Below are positions 50,222 through 59,068 of a stretch of 64,000 bases of DNA, piece by piece (within the stretch, counting starts at the first letter, position 1; the number at the start of each line of letters is the position of its first letter). This stretch comes from Trueperaceae bacterium (GTDB lineage: Bacteria > Deinococcota > Deinococci > Deinococcales > Trueperaceae), in contig OZ243927.1 in the NCBI GenBank assembly GCA_965213925.1, forward strand, positions 992,001 through 1,056,000. Reading direction: 5' to 3'. Position numbers and translations under genes: made by a program. The notes under the pieces were generated by a model. It was not told the DNA's origin. It did no database searches and saw only the letters and a list, made by a program, of their open reading frames with translations.

Positions 50222-50253
50222 AGCGTCTCCGCGCGGAAGCGGAGGCGCTTTTT
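50222..50253 (+). terminator. terminator of pre-peptide 2
   Basis: AGCGTCTCCGC / GCGGAGGCGCT stem followed by a T-tract. Confidence 0.75.
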
Positions 50254-50265
50254 CATGTTCTAAGG

Positions 50266-50694
50266 CTAAAGGTCGCGCGCCAAGAAGCGAATCGCAGCCT
50301 CGTAACCGTAGATTCCCAACCCTGCAACCGTTCCTACACAAACCGCTGAGAGGTAGCTGTGGTGCCTGAACGCTTCCCTCGCGTGGACGTTGGAGATGTG
50401 GACCTCGACGGCGGGCGTAGGGATGCTAGCGACCGCGTCGCGTAGGGCGACGGAGGTGTGCGTAAGACCTCCAGGATTGATGACGACGCCTCGCACGTCC
50501 CCGCTGACGGTTTCGTGAAGCCAGTCGATGAGCTGACCCTCGTGGTTGCTTTGGCGGCACCTCGCGCTCGTCCCGACCTCCTCTGCCCAACGTTCACACC
50601 GCGTCTCTAGGTCTTTGAGCGTCGCGCTGCCGTACACGCCTGGCTCGCGCGTTCCTAAGAGGTTGAGGTTGGGGCCGTTGAGGACTAGAATCAT
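50266..50694 (-). CDS. aroQ: type II 3-dehydroquinate dehydratase
   Basis: LNGPNLNLLGTREP and EVHISN..REAFR motifs. Confidence 0.96.
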   Translation of the reverse strand: MILVLNGPNLNLLGTREPGVYGSATLKDLETRCERWAEEVGTSARCRQSNHEGQLIDWLHETVSGDVRGVVINPGGLTHTSVALRDAVASIPTPAVEVHISNVHAREAFRHHSYLSAVCVGTVAGLGIYGYEAAIRFLARDL

Positions 50695-50701
50695 GCGGTT
50701 A

Positions 50702-51799
50702 CTATACCGCTGTGACCTCTGCAGCGACCTCTCGCAGATAGTCCCAGGCGCGTTCTAGGTGCTCGACTGAAACATCGTCGACGAGGCGGGGGTGGCTGGG
50801 GTGCTCGAGCAACACCCACCGCACCTTGTCCACCTTCTTCTTGTCGCGCTCGATGTAGGGCGTGAGTTCCGCTAGAGAGGTTGCGGGAAGGGGTCGCGGT
50901 GAGACCCAGCTCAGAAACGTTCTAACCTCCTCTAAACCGCCCTGCCAGCCGCGCAGATGGGCGAGTCTCGCGGCGTAGAGGAGCCCGTACGTGACGGCCT
51001 CACCGTGCGTGAGACGGTGCTCCGAGTGCGCCTCCAAAGCGTGCGCGAGCGTATGACCTAGATTGAGGTAAGCCCTCACCCCGCCCTCGCGCTCGTCTTG
51101 CGCGACGATATCCGCCTTGACCTGTACTGAACGTCTAATGAGGTCCGCTAAAACGTCGCTCGGTCCGTCCCCGCGAAATCCCTCTCGAGCCATGTCGGTG
51201 AGGATGCTGGGGTCGGCGAGGAGCCCGTGTTTGAACAGTTCGACTGCGCCCCCCTTGAATTCGCGCTCGGGCAGGGTGCGTAAGGTCTCCACGTCTATCA
51301 GAACCTCTTTCGGCTGCCAGAACGCGCCGACCAAGTTTTTGCCCTCTGGCAGATTGACGCCCGTTTTGCCACCCACGCTCGCGTCTACCATCGCCAGGAG
51401 GCTCGTCGGGCAGATATAGAAGTCGATACCGCGCATGAACGACGCCGCCACAAAGCCCGCCAAGTCGCTCACGACGCCGCCACCCAGCGCGACCACCGCG
51501 CCCCTACGGGTAAACCCGTCCTGAATCATCTTACTGAGAAGCGTTTCAAACGTCGAAATAGACTTGCTCGCCTCGCCCGAAGGGACGACGTAGCGCGAGA
51601 CGGTCTTTCCACCTACTTGGAGGCTGCGCTCGACCCGGTCGGCGTAAAGAGGTGCGACGTCAGTATCGCTTATGAGGGCGACACGTTGATGCGCCACAAA
51701 GTCAGCGGTGCGGTCTAAAAGCCCCGCTGCAATCCTCACAGGATAAGTCGGTCGGACGTTGACCTCGACCGTGGCTCCTTGCGCGCGCTCCGTTGTCAT
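50702..51799 (-). CDS. aroB: 3-dehydroquinate synthase
   Basis: GGGVVSD, DASVGGKTG and LNLGHT..HA.E motifs. Confidence 0.95.
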   Translation of the reverse strand: MTTERAQGATVEVNVRPTYPVRIAAGLLDRTADFVAHQRVALISDTDVAPLYADRVERSLQVGGKTVSRYVVPSGEASKSISTFETLLSKMIQDGFTRRGAVVALGGGVVSDLAGFVAASFMRGIDFYICPTSLLAMVDASVGGKTGVNLPEGKNLVGAFWQPKEVLIDVETLRTLPEREFKGGAVELFKHGLLADPSILTDMAREGFRGDGPSDVLADLIRRSVQVKADIVAQDEREGGVRAYLNLGHTLAHALEAHSEHRLTHGEAVTYGLLYAARLAHLRGWQGGLEEVRTFLSWVSPRPLPATSLAELTPYIERDKKKVDKVRWVLLEHPSHPRLVDDVSVEHLERAWDYLREVAAEVTAV

Positions 51800-52371
51800 C
51801 TGGCTCTAGCCTCACGAAGTTGCCACAGCTCGCGCACGATCTCCTCGACCACGTCCTCTGAGCGCCGCCCGTCGGTCGAGACTTGCATGGAGCCTGCGTC
51901 GTCGTAGGCCGCCTTGCGCGCGCTCATTAGCTCGCGGATGCGGCCTTCTGGGTTGCCGATTTCCAGAAGAGGACGCTTGTGGCGGCGGGTGCGTTTATAG
52001 ATGGTTTCAGGGCTCGCGGTGAGCACGAGGACCGGGCCGCGACCTTTCAGCATCTGCCTGTTTTCGGGGCGCATGACGGTGCCGCCGCCCGTCGAGATGA
52101 CGACTTCGTCTAAGCGCAGGCAGCGGCGCACGATCTCGGTTTCGTACTCGCGGAAGACCGCTTCACCGTACAGCTCGAAGATGTCGGGGATGCGCATACA
52201 ACTAACGCGCTCGATGACCCTGTCGGTGTCGATGAAGTTCAGGCTCAAGCGCCTCGAGAGTTCCCACCCGATGCGGCTCTTGCCCGTCCCCATAAAGCCT
52301 GCGAGCGCAATCCAGGTCGCAGGACGCTCCAACGTGTGAAGTCTTGACATAGAAGGGACCGCCGTCGACAT
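51796..52371 (-). CDS. aroK: shikimate kinase
   Basis: GFMGTGKS, DTD, GE..FR..E, TGGG and RPLL motifs. Confidence 0.95.
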   Translation of the reverse strand: MSTAVPSMSRLHTLERPATWIALAGFMGTGKSRIGWELSRRLSLNFIDTDRVIERVSCMRIPDIFELYGEAVFREYETEIVRRCLRLDEVVISTGGGTVMRPENRQMLKGRGPVLVLTASPETIYKRTRRHKRPLLEIGNPEGRIRELMSARKAAYDDAGSMQVSTDGRRSEDVVEEIVRELWQLREARAR

Positions 52372-52378
52372 CGCAACG

Positions 52379-53533
52379 TTAGAACGCGCCTACGTAGGCG
52401 CGGTGCGCGCTTACGCGCTCGGTGATCTCGCGCACCGTGTCCGCGCCGAACTTCTCCGTGAGGGCGTCCGCGAGGACAAGGGCGCTCATCGCTAGGAGGA
52501 CGATAGAGGCGGCGGGTACAGCCGTCGTGTCCGAGCGCTCCCTCGCGGCGTCGGCGGGCTCGTGCGTGACGACGTCGACGGTGGGCAGGGGCTTCATCAG
52601 CGTGGCGATGGGTTTCATCGCCGCTCTCACGATGAGGTCTTCGCCGTTGGTGATGCCCGCTTCTAAGCCGCCCGAGCGGTTCGTCTTGCGTCCGTAACCA
52701 CCCTCTTCGCGGTAGATGGCGTCGTGAACCTGACTGCCGGGCACCGTCGCGTTGCGCCAGCCGTCACCAATTTCCACGCCTTTCATCGCCTGAATGCTCA
52801 TGGCGGCTTGCGCCAAGCGTCCGTCCAGCTTGCGGTCCCACTGCGTATGGCTGCCGAGCCCGACGGGTAGCCCTCTAAAGCGCGCCTCGATAATGCCACC
52901 CAACGTGTCCCCGTTCCTCTTCGCGTCGTCGATGCGGCTGATGACCTCTTCCTCCGCCGCTTTATCGAACGCGCGAATCGGGCTCTCGTCGAGCGCGTCT
53001 AGGTTGTCCCAGTCCATACCGCCATCGCAAGGAACGCCCGCTAAGCTTACGACTCTGGCGCAGCCTTGCACGCCCACGGCGTCCAGCAGACGGAGCGCCA
53101 CCGCGCCCGCCGCGACGCGGCTCGCGGTCTCGCGCGCGGAAGCGCGCTCCAACACGTCGCGCAGGTCTTTGTGTCCGTACTTGATGCCGCCCGCTAGGTC
53201 GGCGTGTCCGGGGCGCGCTTCGGTCAGCGCCTTTTTGCGCGGCTCGTTGCCCGGCTCCGGGCTCATGATCTCTTGCCAGTTGCGCCAGTCGCGGTTCTCG
53301 ATCTGTAAGGACAGCGGCGCGCCCGTGGTGCGCCCGGCGCGCACGCCAGCTAAAATCTTAGCGCAGTCGCTCTCGATGACCATACGCCGGCCGCGCCCGT
53401 AGCCACCCTGACGGCGGCGCAGCCAGGGGTCGATGTGCTCGCTCGCGACGAGGTCTAAGCCGGCAGGTACGCCGTCTAAAAGGATAGAGAGGGCAGGTCC
53501 GTGTGATTCGCCTGCGGATAAAAACCTAATCAT
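52379..53533 (-). CDS. aroC: chorismate synthase
   Basis: AGESHG, RPGHAD, ERASARET and MKPI motifs. Confidence 0.97.
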   Translation of the reverse strand: MIRFLSAGESHGPALSILLDGVPAGLDLVASEHIDPWLRRRQGGYGRGRRMVIESDCAKILAGVRAGRTTGAPLSLQIENRDWRNWQEIMSPEPGNEPRKKALTEARPGHADLAGGIKYGHKDLRDVLERASARETASRVAAGAVALRLLDAVGVQGCARVVSLAGVPCDGGMDWDNLDALDESPIRAFDKAAEEEVISRIDDAKRNGDTLGGIIEARFRGLPVGLGSHTQWDRKLDGRLAQAAMSIQAMKGVEIGDGWRNATVPGSQVHDAIYREEGGYGRKTNRSGGLEAGITNGEDLIVRAAMKPIATLMKPLPTVDVVTHEPADAARERSDTTAVPAASIVLLAMSALVLADALTEKFGADTVREITERVSAHRAYVGAF

Positions 53534-53731
53534 TTTTATAGCCTAGCACGTTATGTGGAGGGTCAAAAGAAGGCGCGCCACCTCACGTACGCAGGGCGCT
53601 CTAAGTCCTCTAACGAATGAGATATTGCACGAGAGACAGCGGCAAAGAGGTCAAGAGCGACGCTGCTGAGATAGCGCTGTCTAGCGAAGGTCCCCTCGAT
53701 AACTTGTAGAATTTACCGAAAGTCCAAAAGA

Positions 53732-53757
53732 AAAACCCCCTCCGATGAGGAGAGGGT
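53732..53757 (-). terminator. pilQ terminator
   Basis: ACCCTCTCC / GGAGGGGGT stem followed by TTTT on the minus strand. Confidence 0.65.
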
Positions 53758-53776
53758 CAAGCGACTTGACTGAGAC

Positions 53777-55282
53777 TTACTCGAGCACGTCCGCCGTCAC
53801 GATAAGGAGCAGTTCGCCGTTGCTCTCTTCGGTCGTCGTGCTGCTGAAAAGGCTGCCGACGATGGGCAAGCTGCCTAGAAGGGGCACGCGCGAGACCGCG
53901 TCGCGCAGTTCGTTCTGCATAAGACCGCCCAACACGATGGTCTGTCCCGGTGCGAGCGTCACTTGCGAGTTGACGTTGCGCGTCGAGATGTTGAGGAAAC
54001 TCGGGTCGTTCGTCTCGGACACGAGCGTTTCGACTTTGGCGTCTACGTCTAGGGTTACGTCGCCGTTATTCGAAATCTGCGGGCTGACCTCGATCTGCAC
54101 GCCGTAAGGGATTTCGCGCTCGACGTTGGTGCCGTCTGTGCCGGGCAAGGTGATGTAGATTGTGCCGCCCGACTGCAAGTTGCCGGTGCCGTTGTTTCTC
54201 ACAGTGAGGTTGCTGTCGTCGACACGGCGCGCGAGGCCCTGCCGCTCCAAGGTGTTGAGCGCCGCGTCCAAGTTGAGGCCAGTGATGGCTTTTTGCGCGT
54301 CGAAGACGAAGTCGAGCCCGGTTTCTAAAAGGGTTGTGGAGAACGCGCCTATGCTCGCGTTCAAGTTAAAGCCTAGTTCCTGCGCGGCGTTCGTGGTGAT
54401 CTCTTGGATGCGCACCTGGATGTTGACCTGCTGCTGCGGCTGGTCGAGTTCGCTGATGAGCGACTGAATCTCGCTCTGAATCACCTCGGGCGCGGTGACG
54501 ACGATGCGGTTCGAGCGGGCGTCGGCGGCGATGGTGATGTCGCTCGAGCGCACCACGGAGTTGGTCTGCGTGCCCGTGCTCTGGTTGTCTTCTGCGTCGC
54601 TTGAGCCGTCTTCTACGGTGGGGGTCTCCTCTTCGTCGGTGATGATGGTCTGCTCTAAGACCTCTTTAAGCTCTTCGGCTTTGGCGTACGAGAGCGGGTA
54701 GGCGCGTCTCACCGAGAGGGCGGCTTGCGGGTCGAAGCGCCTCAACACCTCGGCGACGACCTCTTGCTGCGCTTCGGTGGCGCGCACCGAGAGGAGCCCG
54801 GTCTCGTCGAAGGCGCTGACGCTAACCATGTCGCGCTCCGCGAACTGGCTGTCCAACACGTCTTTGAGTTCGCTAGGGACCTTCGTGACGGGGTAGATGC
54901 GCACGATAGTGGGCGCGACTTCCTCGGCGGGGCGCAAGCCCGCGAGCGAGGCGGGCGTGCCGACGACGATGATGTCGTTCTCGAGCAAGACGTAGTCGAG
55001 GTTGTTGAGCGTCAAGACGAGGTTCCAGACCTGTCTAAAGGGCTTGGGCGAGCCGATATCGTACGTAATCGTCTTGTCGGGCACGTCGTCGACGAGCGCG
55101 GTCAAGTCGACCGAACGAGCGAGCGCGCTGATCATCATGCGGAGCGACTCGCCGCCGTTAGTCGTCTGGAATTCGACCGGCTGGTCGAACCTGCTGCTGT
55201 CGGGGAGGGGCGTAACCTGCGCGCTGGCGAGGGAGAGCGCCAGACCGAGGAGGAGGGTTAAAAGGATACGTTTCATGATCAC
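53777..55282 (-). CDS. pilQ: type IV pilus secretin
   Basis: Secretin N repeats; D.RSN..V; C-terminal GQTIVLGGL and VPLLG.LPIVG.LF. Confidence 0.88.
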   Translation of the reverse strand: MIMKRILLTLLLGLALSLASAQVTPLPDSSRFDQPVEFQTTNGGESLRMMISALARSVDLTALVDDVPDKTITYDIGSPKPFRQVWNLVLTLNNLDYVLLENDIIVVGTPASLAGLRPAEEVAPTIVRIYPVTKVPSELKDVLDSQFAERDMVSVSAFDETGLLSVRATEAQQEVVAEVLRRFDPQAALSVRRAYPLSYAKAEELKEVLEQTIITDEEETPTVEDGSSDAEDNQSTGTQTNSVVRSSDITIAADARSNRIVVTAPEVIQSEIQSLISELDQPQQQVNIQVRIQEITTNAAQELGFNLNASIGAFSTTLLETGLDFVFDAQKAITGLNLDAALNTLERQGLARRVDDSNLTVRNNGTGNLQSGGTIYITLPGTDGTNVEREIPYGVQIEVSPQISNNGDVTLDVDAKVETLVSETNDPSFLNISTRNVNSQVTLAPGQTIVLGGLMQNELRDAVSRVPLLGSLPIVGSLFSSTTTEESNGELLLIVTADVLE

Positions 55283-56229
55283 CGCCTGGGGTCGAGAATC
55301 AGGAGTTGGGAATCGTTCTCCTGCGTGAGTTCGGCTTGCTGACCGGTGAGGTCGGTAAGCACGATGTCCGTGTTGGGTAAGGTTTGTCCGAGTGGGACGA
55401 GGAAGGGAGCGGAGGCGTCTGCTGAGCGGAAGACGCCGACGCTGACCGGACCTAGCACTGCGCCCGTAAATGTTATCTCTCGGTCGCGCAAGTAGAGGCT
55501 GAGAGAGGTCGAGCCTGCCGCTAAGGGGGTTTCTTCGCCGCTCGCGAGAGGGTTCTCCGCCCGCTGTACGTTTACAGGTGTGCTGAGCGCCGTTTTCAAG
55601 ACGTCGGGCGTGCTCGCGAGCGTGCCGTTTGGCAGCGAGCGCGGCAAGCGCGACGCGCTGAACGTACCGCTCGGCGTCCGAGCGCTCGGGACAGGCGCGC
55701 GGCGCGGGGTCGGCGCGACTGCGACCTGCGGTTCGGGCTTCACGGGTACGTCGGTAATCCGCTGACCCGCGTTCGGATCGGTCTGAGGTTTCGGCGCTTC
55801 CGCCACGACGAGCGGCGAGAAGGGGTTGACCGAGGCGCGTTGGCTGCGGCTTGCCTGCGTGGTCGGCATCTGACCTGTTTGCGTGTCGAAGTCTATGTCG
55901 GCAACGTCCGTTTCGGGCGCGGTGGGTGGCGCGGTGACGAGGAAGGGGAGCTGGGCGATCTCTAGGTCTCGAGCGACCCTGGGCTCGTCCACCTCGCTGC
56001 CTGCTTGTCCTTGTATCCGACCTTCGGCTTGCTCTGGCGAAAGCGGCGCGACGTTGGCGCTGTTTGCCCCGTTCGCGCTGTTCGCGCGCTCGCGGCTAGG
56101 TACAGTGCTCACCGTGGTGGGCGTAGCTGCTGGTTCGCCGAACTGTGTAGCGAAGTGTAGCCCAGCAAAGCCGAGCCCCAGTACCCCAAAGACGGCGAGA
56201 AGGATGCGGGCTTCTTTAGATAACGTCAC
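55279..56229 (-). CDS. Pro-rich pilus assembly protein in the Thermus PilW position
   Basis: N-terminal TM segment and NPFSP motif; lies between pilO and pilQ. Confidence 0.6.
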   Translation of the reverse strand: MTLSKEARILLAVFGVLGLGFAGLHFATQFGEPAATPTTVSTVPSRERANSANGANSANVAPLSPEQAEGRIQGQAGSEVDEPRVARDLEIAQLPFLVTAPPTAPETDVADIDFDTQTGQMPTTQASRSQRASVNPFSPLVVAEAPKPQTDPNAGQRITDVPVKPEPQVAVAPTPRRAPVPSARTPSGTFSASRLPRSLPNGTLASTPDVLKTALSTPVNVQRAENPLASGEETPLAAGSTSLSLYLRDREITFTGAVLGPVSVGVFRSADASAPFLVPLGQTLPNTDIVLTDLTGQQAELTQENDSQLLILDPRR

Positions 56230-56855
56230 CGTCTCACCTCCGCACGTGAACCGCTCTCTATCGTCGCTGGCTCCACGTCGTCGCCTGTAAAGACGTAGAC
56301 GGTGAAATCGTAGTCCGCGCCTAGCATGGGGTCTTTCGAGTCCTGATCGTTGACCGAGAAACCGACCTGCCGAATTTTGGTAAAGCGGCGCAGGCTCTCC
56401 AAAGTCTGCAAGAAGTCGATCGTTTCGACGTAGGTGCCTTCGGTCGCCATGCTGAACCCGAGCGGACGAACGCCCTGTATGTCTTCGCCGCGCGCACCGG
56501 TGCTCTGCAGCGCCTCGAAGGTGACGCCCGCCTCGTCAGCGGCGTCTCTAAGCTGCTCGAGCAGTTGCGCGACTTCCTTTTCACGAGGAAGCTGGGCTAA
56601 GAAGGCGCGCCTGTCCGCCTCCAACTGCGCGACCGCTTCGCGCAACTGGGGCAAGTTCGCCCGCGCCGCCTCGCCGCGCCGAATCTGCACCTCTAAGCGG
56701 GCGATCTCTTCGTTGAGTTCCGTGATGCGCTCTTGCGCCGACGAGTAGGGGTAGAAGTACCAGAATGCGCCGACGAGCGCGGTGAGGACAACCACGGCGA
56801 GCGCGATGTCGCGCTGGCGCAGGTTGCGCAGTTTGAAGTTCTGAAGTGCGTTCAT
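56226..56855 (-). CDS. pilO: type IV pilus assembly protein PilO
   Basis: TM segment, coiled coil, LP...EV..LL and G.Y.....FL motifs; operon position. Confidence 0.85.
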   Translation of the reverse strand: MNALQNFKLRNLRQRDIALAVVVLTALVGAFWYFYPYSSAQERITELNEEIARLEVQIRRGEAARANLPQLREAVAQLEADRRAFLAQLPREKEVAQLLEQLRDAADEAGVTFEALQSTGARGEDIQGVRPLGFSMATEGTYVETIDFLQTLESLRRFTKIRQVGFSVNDQDSKDPMLGADYDFTVYVFTGDDVEPATIESGSRAEVRR

Positions 56856-57514
56856 GGTGTGACCTCCGCACTCGCCTCGTCGTCCATTTGTCCTACAGCG
56901 GCTGCGCCGACCGTCAAACTGAACGTGTAAAGGTCGCCGTCGCCCTCCCTCGAGGTATCCCTAAAAGACACGCCGAAACGCGGCGAATCTTGAAGTTGGC
57001 GGATGTAGTCCGCGAGAATCTCGGTGCTGCCCGCCGTGCCTTGAATGTCCATCTCGGCGACGACGTCGACGCCTTCGTAGGTGTCGTCATTGCTGAGGCG
57101 GTTTCTAGCGCCCGCGTCTAAAGCGTTTAAGTCGAGGCTGTCGAAGGCGATGCGCGAGTCCACCCCTGCGCCTTGAGCCGGGAGCGTCTCCAACATGGCG
57201 AAAATCTGCTCCGACCAGACGATGCGGCCTTCCCTTACGGCGTTAGCAATGCCTATAAGCTCAGCGAGTTCGCGCTGGCGCGCTTGCAATTCGTTCTGTT
57301 CTTGGACGTAAGGGCGCAGCAGCTCGAGCCGCTCCTCGCGCTCGACCTTGGTCTCCGCGAGTTGCCGCTCGGTCTGGAGGACCGAAAACTGCATCATGCC
57401 GATTACGGCTAAGACGAGAACAGGAAAGGCCACGGCGATGAGTCGCCAGTAGCCCGGCTCGCGCCGCCGCTGCAAGTTCTTAGGTAAGAGGTTGACGTTA
57501 ATCAAGGCCGTCAA
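56852..57514 (-). CDS. pilN: type IV pilus assembly protein PilN
   Basis: N-terminal VNLLP motif, TM segment, coiled coil. Confidence 0.85.
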   Translation of the reverse strand: MTALINVNLLPKNLQRRREPGYWRLIAVAFPVLVLAVIGMMQFSVLQTERQLAETKVEREERLELLRPYVQEQNELQARQRELAELIGIANAVREGRIVWSEQIFAMLETLPAQGAGVDSRIAFDSLDLNALDAGARNRLSNDDTYEGVDVVAEMDIQGTAGSTEILADYIRQLQDSPRFGVSFRDTSREGDGDLYTFSLTVGAAAVGQMDDEASAEVTP

Positions 57515-58685
57515 CTCCTCTAAGTGCTAAGCCAATCGGCACGGCGAATTCCGGACCGACGCGGCGCAAGTGGTCCGCTTCGAAACGTCCGCCGCTCGTG
57601 TCCACGGTGAGCCAGGGGTCGCCAAGCTCGACGCGGAAGCCGAGCGCGTCGCTGATCGCTTCGGGTAGGCCGCGCAGCTTCGCGCCGCCGCCCGTGATGA
57701 GCATCCGGTGGATGTCCGCGTCGCCCGCTTGGACCCGGAAAAATTCCAGGCTGCGGCGAATCTCGGTGGTGAGTTCGACTAAAACGGGACGGAGCGCTTC
57801 GTAGACGCGGCCAGGGCTATACTGCTCTCGCTTCGCGTCGAAGTTTAAGAGTTCTTCCTCGTCGTCCGTCGGGATGGTCGCGGTGCCGTAATCCACCTTG
57901 ATCTCTTCCGCCGAGTCGAAGTCGAGACCGAAGGCGCGTTGTAGCGCCGCGGTGAAGTCGTCGCCCGACACGCCGATGTTGCGGTTCATCAGGACGCGCT
58001 GACCACGCACGAGCGTAATGGTTGTGCTGGACGCCGCGATTTCCAAAACCACGCCGATCTCTTCCGCTTCGGTGTAGAACACCCCCGTGAGGTTCGTCTT
58101 GTTGAGGTGCTCGCCTAAAAGCGCACCCTTGAGCGAGTGCAGCAGGGCGAAAGGGCGTACGTCGATAATGATGGGCTCTAGTCCTGCTAACTTGAGGTAG
58201 TCGACTTGCTGCGTCACCATGTCCAAACGCGCCGCCGAAATGACGACCTCCAACTGACCGTCATCTTCGACATCGGTAGGGTTGTCGAGGACGTAGTAGT
58301 CGAGCACGACCTCGTCGATAGGGTAGGGGATGTAGCGCTCCGCTTCCCACTTGATGGCCTCGTCCAACTCCTCTAAGGACATCTTAGGAACGTGGATGTT
58401 GCGGGTGATCGCCAGCCGGTTGCTGACCGCCGCTACCACAAAGTGTTTAGTGATGTTCGCCTCTTCGAATAACGCCTTGATCTCAACGGCAAGACCTTCG
58501 GCGTCTAGCACCTGATCGTCTTGGATGAGACCGGGGGGCATCGGACGAATCGCAAGGGATTGAAGGCTCGGAGGGGTACCGGCACGCAACTCAACAACCT
58601 TGAGAGCGCTGGTTCCAATCTCGAGACCAACCGCTTCGATTCGTGGATTAAAGAGGCGCGAGACCGATTCGCGCAATGAAGCCAT
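57498..58685 (-). CDS. pilM: type IV pilus assembly protein PilM
   Basis: GLEIGTS, WEAERYIP, TGGGAKLRGL and IGLALRG motifs. Confidence 0.93.
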   Translation of the reverse strand: MASLRESVSRLFNPRIEAVGLEIGTSALKVVELRAGTPPSLQSLAIRPMPPGLIQDDQVLDAEGLAVEIKALFEEANITKHFVVAAVSNRLAITRNIHVPKMSLEELDEAIKWEAERYIPYPIDEVVLDYYVLDNPTDVEDDGQLEVVISAARLDMVTQQVDYLKLAGLEPIIIDVRPFALLHSLKGALLGEHLNKTNLTGVFYTEAEEIGVVLEIAASSTTITLVRGQRVLMNRNIGVSGDDFTAALQRAFGLDFDSAEEIKVDYGTATIPTDDEEELLNFDAKREQYSPGRVYEALRPVLVELTTEIRRSLEFFRVQAGDADIHRMLITGGGAKLRGLPEAISDALGFRVELGDPWLTVDTSGGRFEADHLRRVGPEFAVPIGLALRGVDGLD

Positions 58686-59017
58686 AGTGTTCCCTCCTTG
58701 AGAACTTAGGGAACTTTAGCAACGGCTCCGCGCCTTTAGGGTAAAGTTTTTCCCGCACGAAGAATGAAGTGTTATTTCTTACTGTAGCAGGTATTATCTG
58801 GTCAGCTACACCCTCACTAAAAAGGAAATTGTTTAGCACGCACTTTAGGTGATGAAGTCCCGCTAGCCTTAACAGGCTGAGATTTGCGGAGAAGTGTTGC
58901 TGCGCATGGCTTCGCCCAAGCAACGATAAGTGCAAATGCTGTAAAAACGCCTGTCCGAGGGTGTTCCTAAGCTCTCGAGGCGAGTTCACTAACCAGAAAA
59001 CCCACCACGACGCAAAG

Positions 59018-59046
59018 AAAAAAAGCTGCGCAGATCATGCGCAGCC
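59018..59046 (-). terminator. ftsH terminator
   Basis: GCTGCGCA-GATCA-TGCGCAGC hairpin next to an A-run (U-tract on the minus strand). Confidence 0.75.
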
Positions 59047-59068
59047 AGTCAGGAGATTCTCGTGAGGT

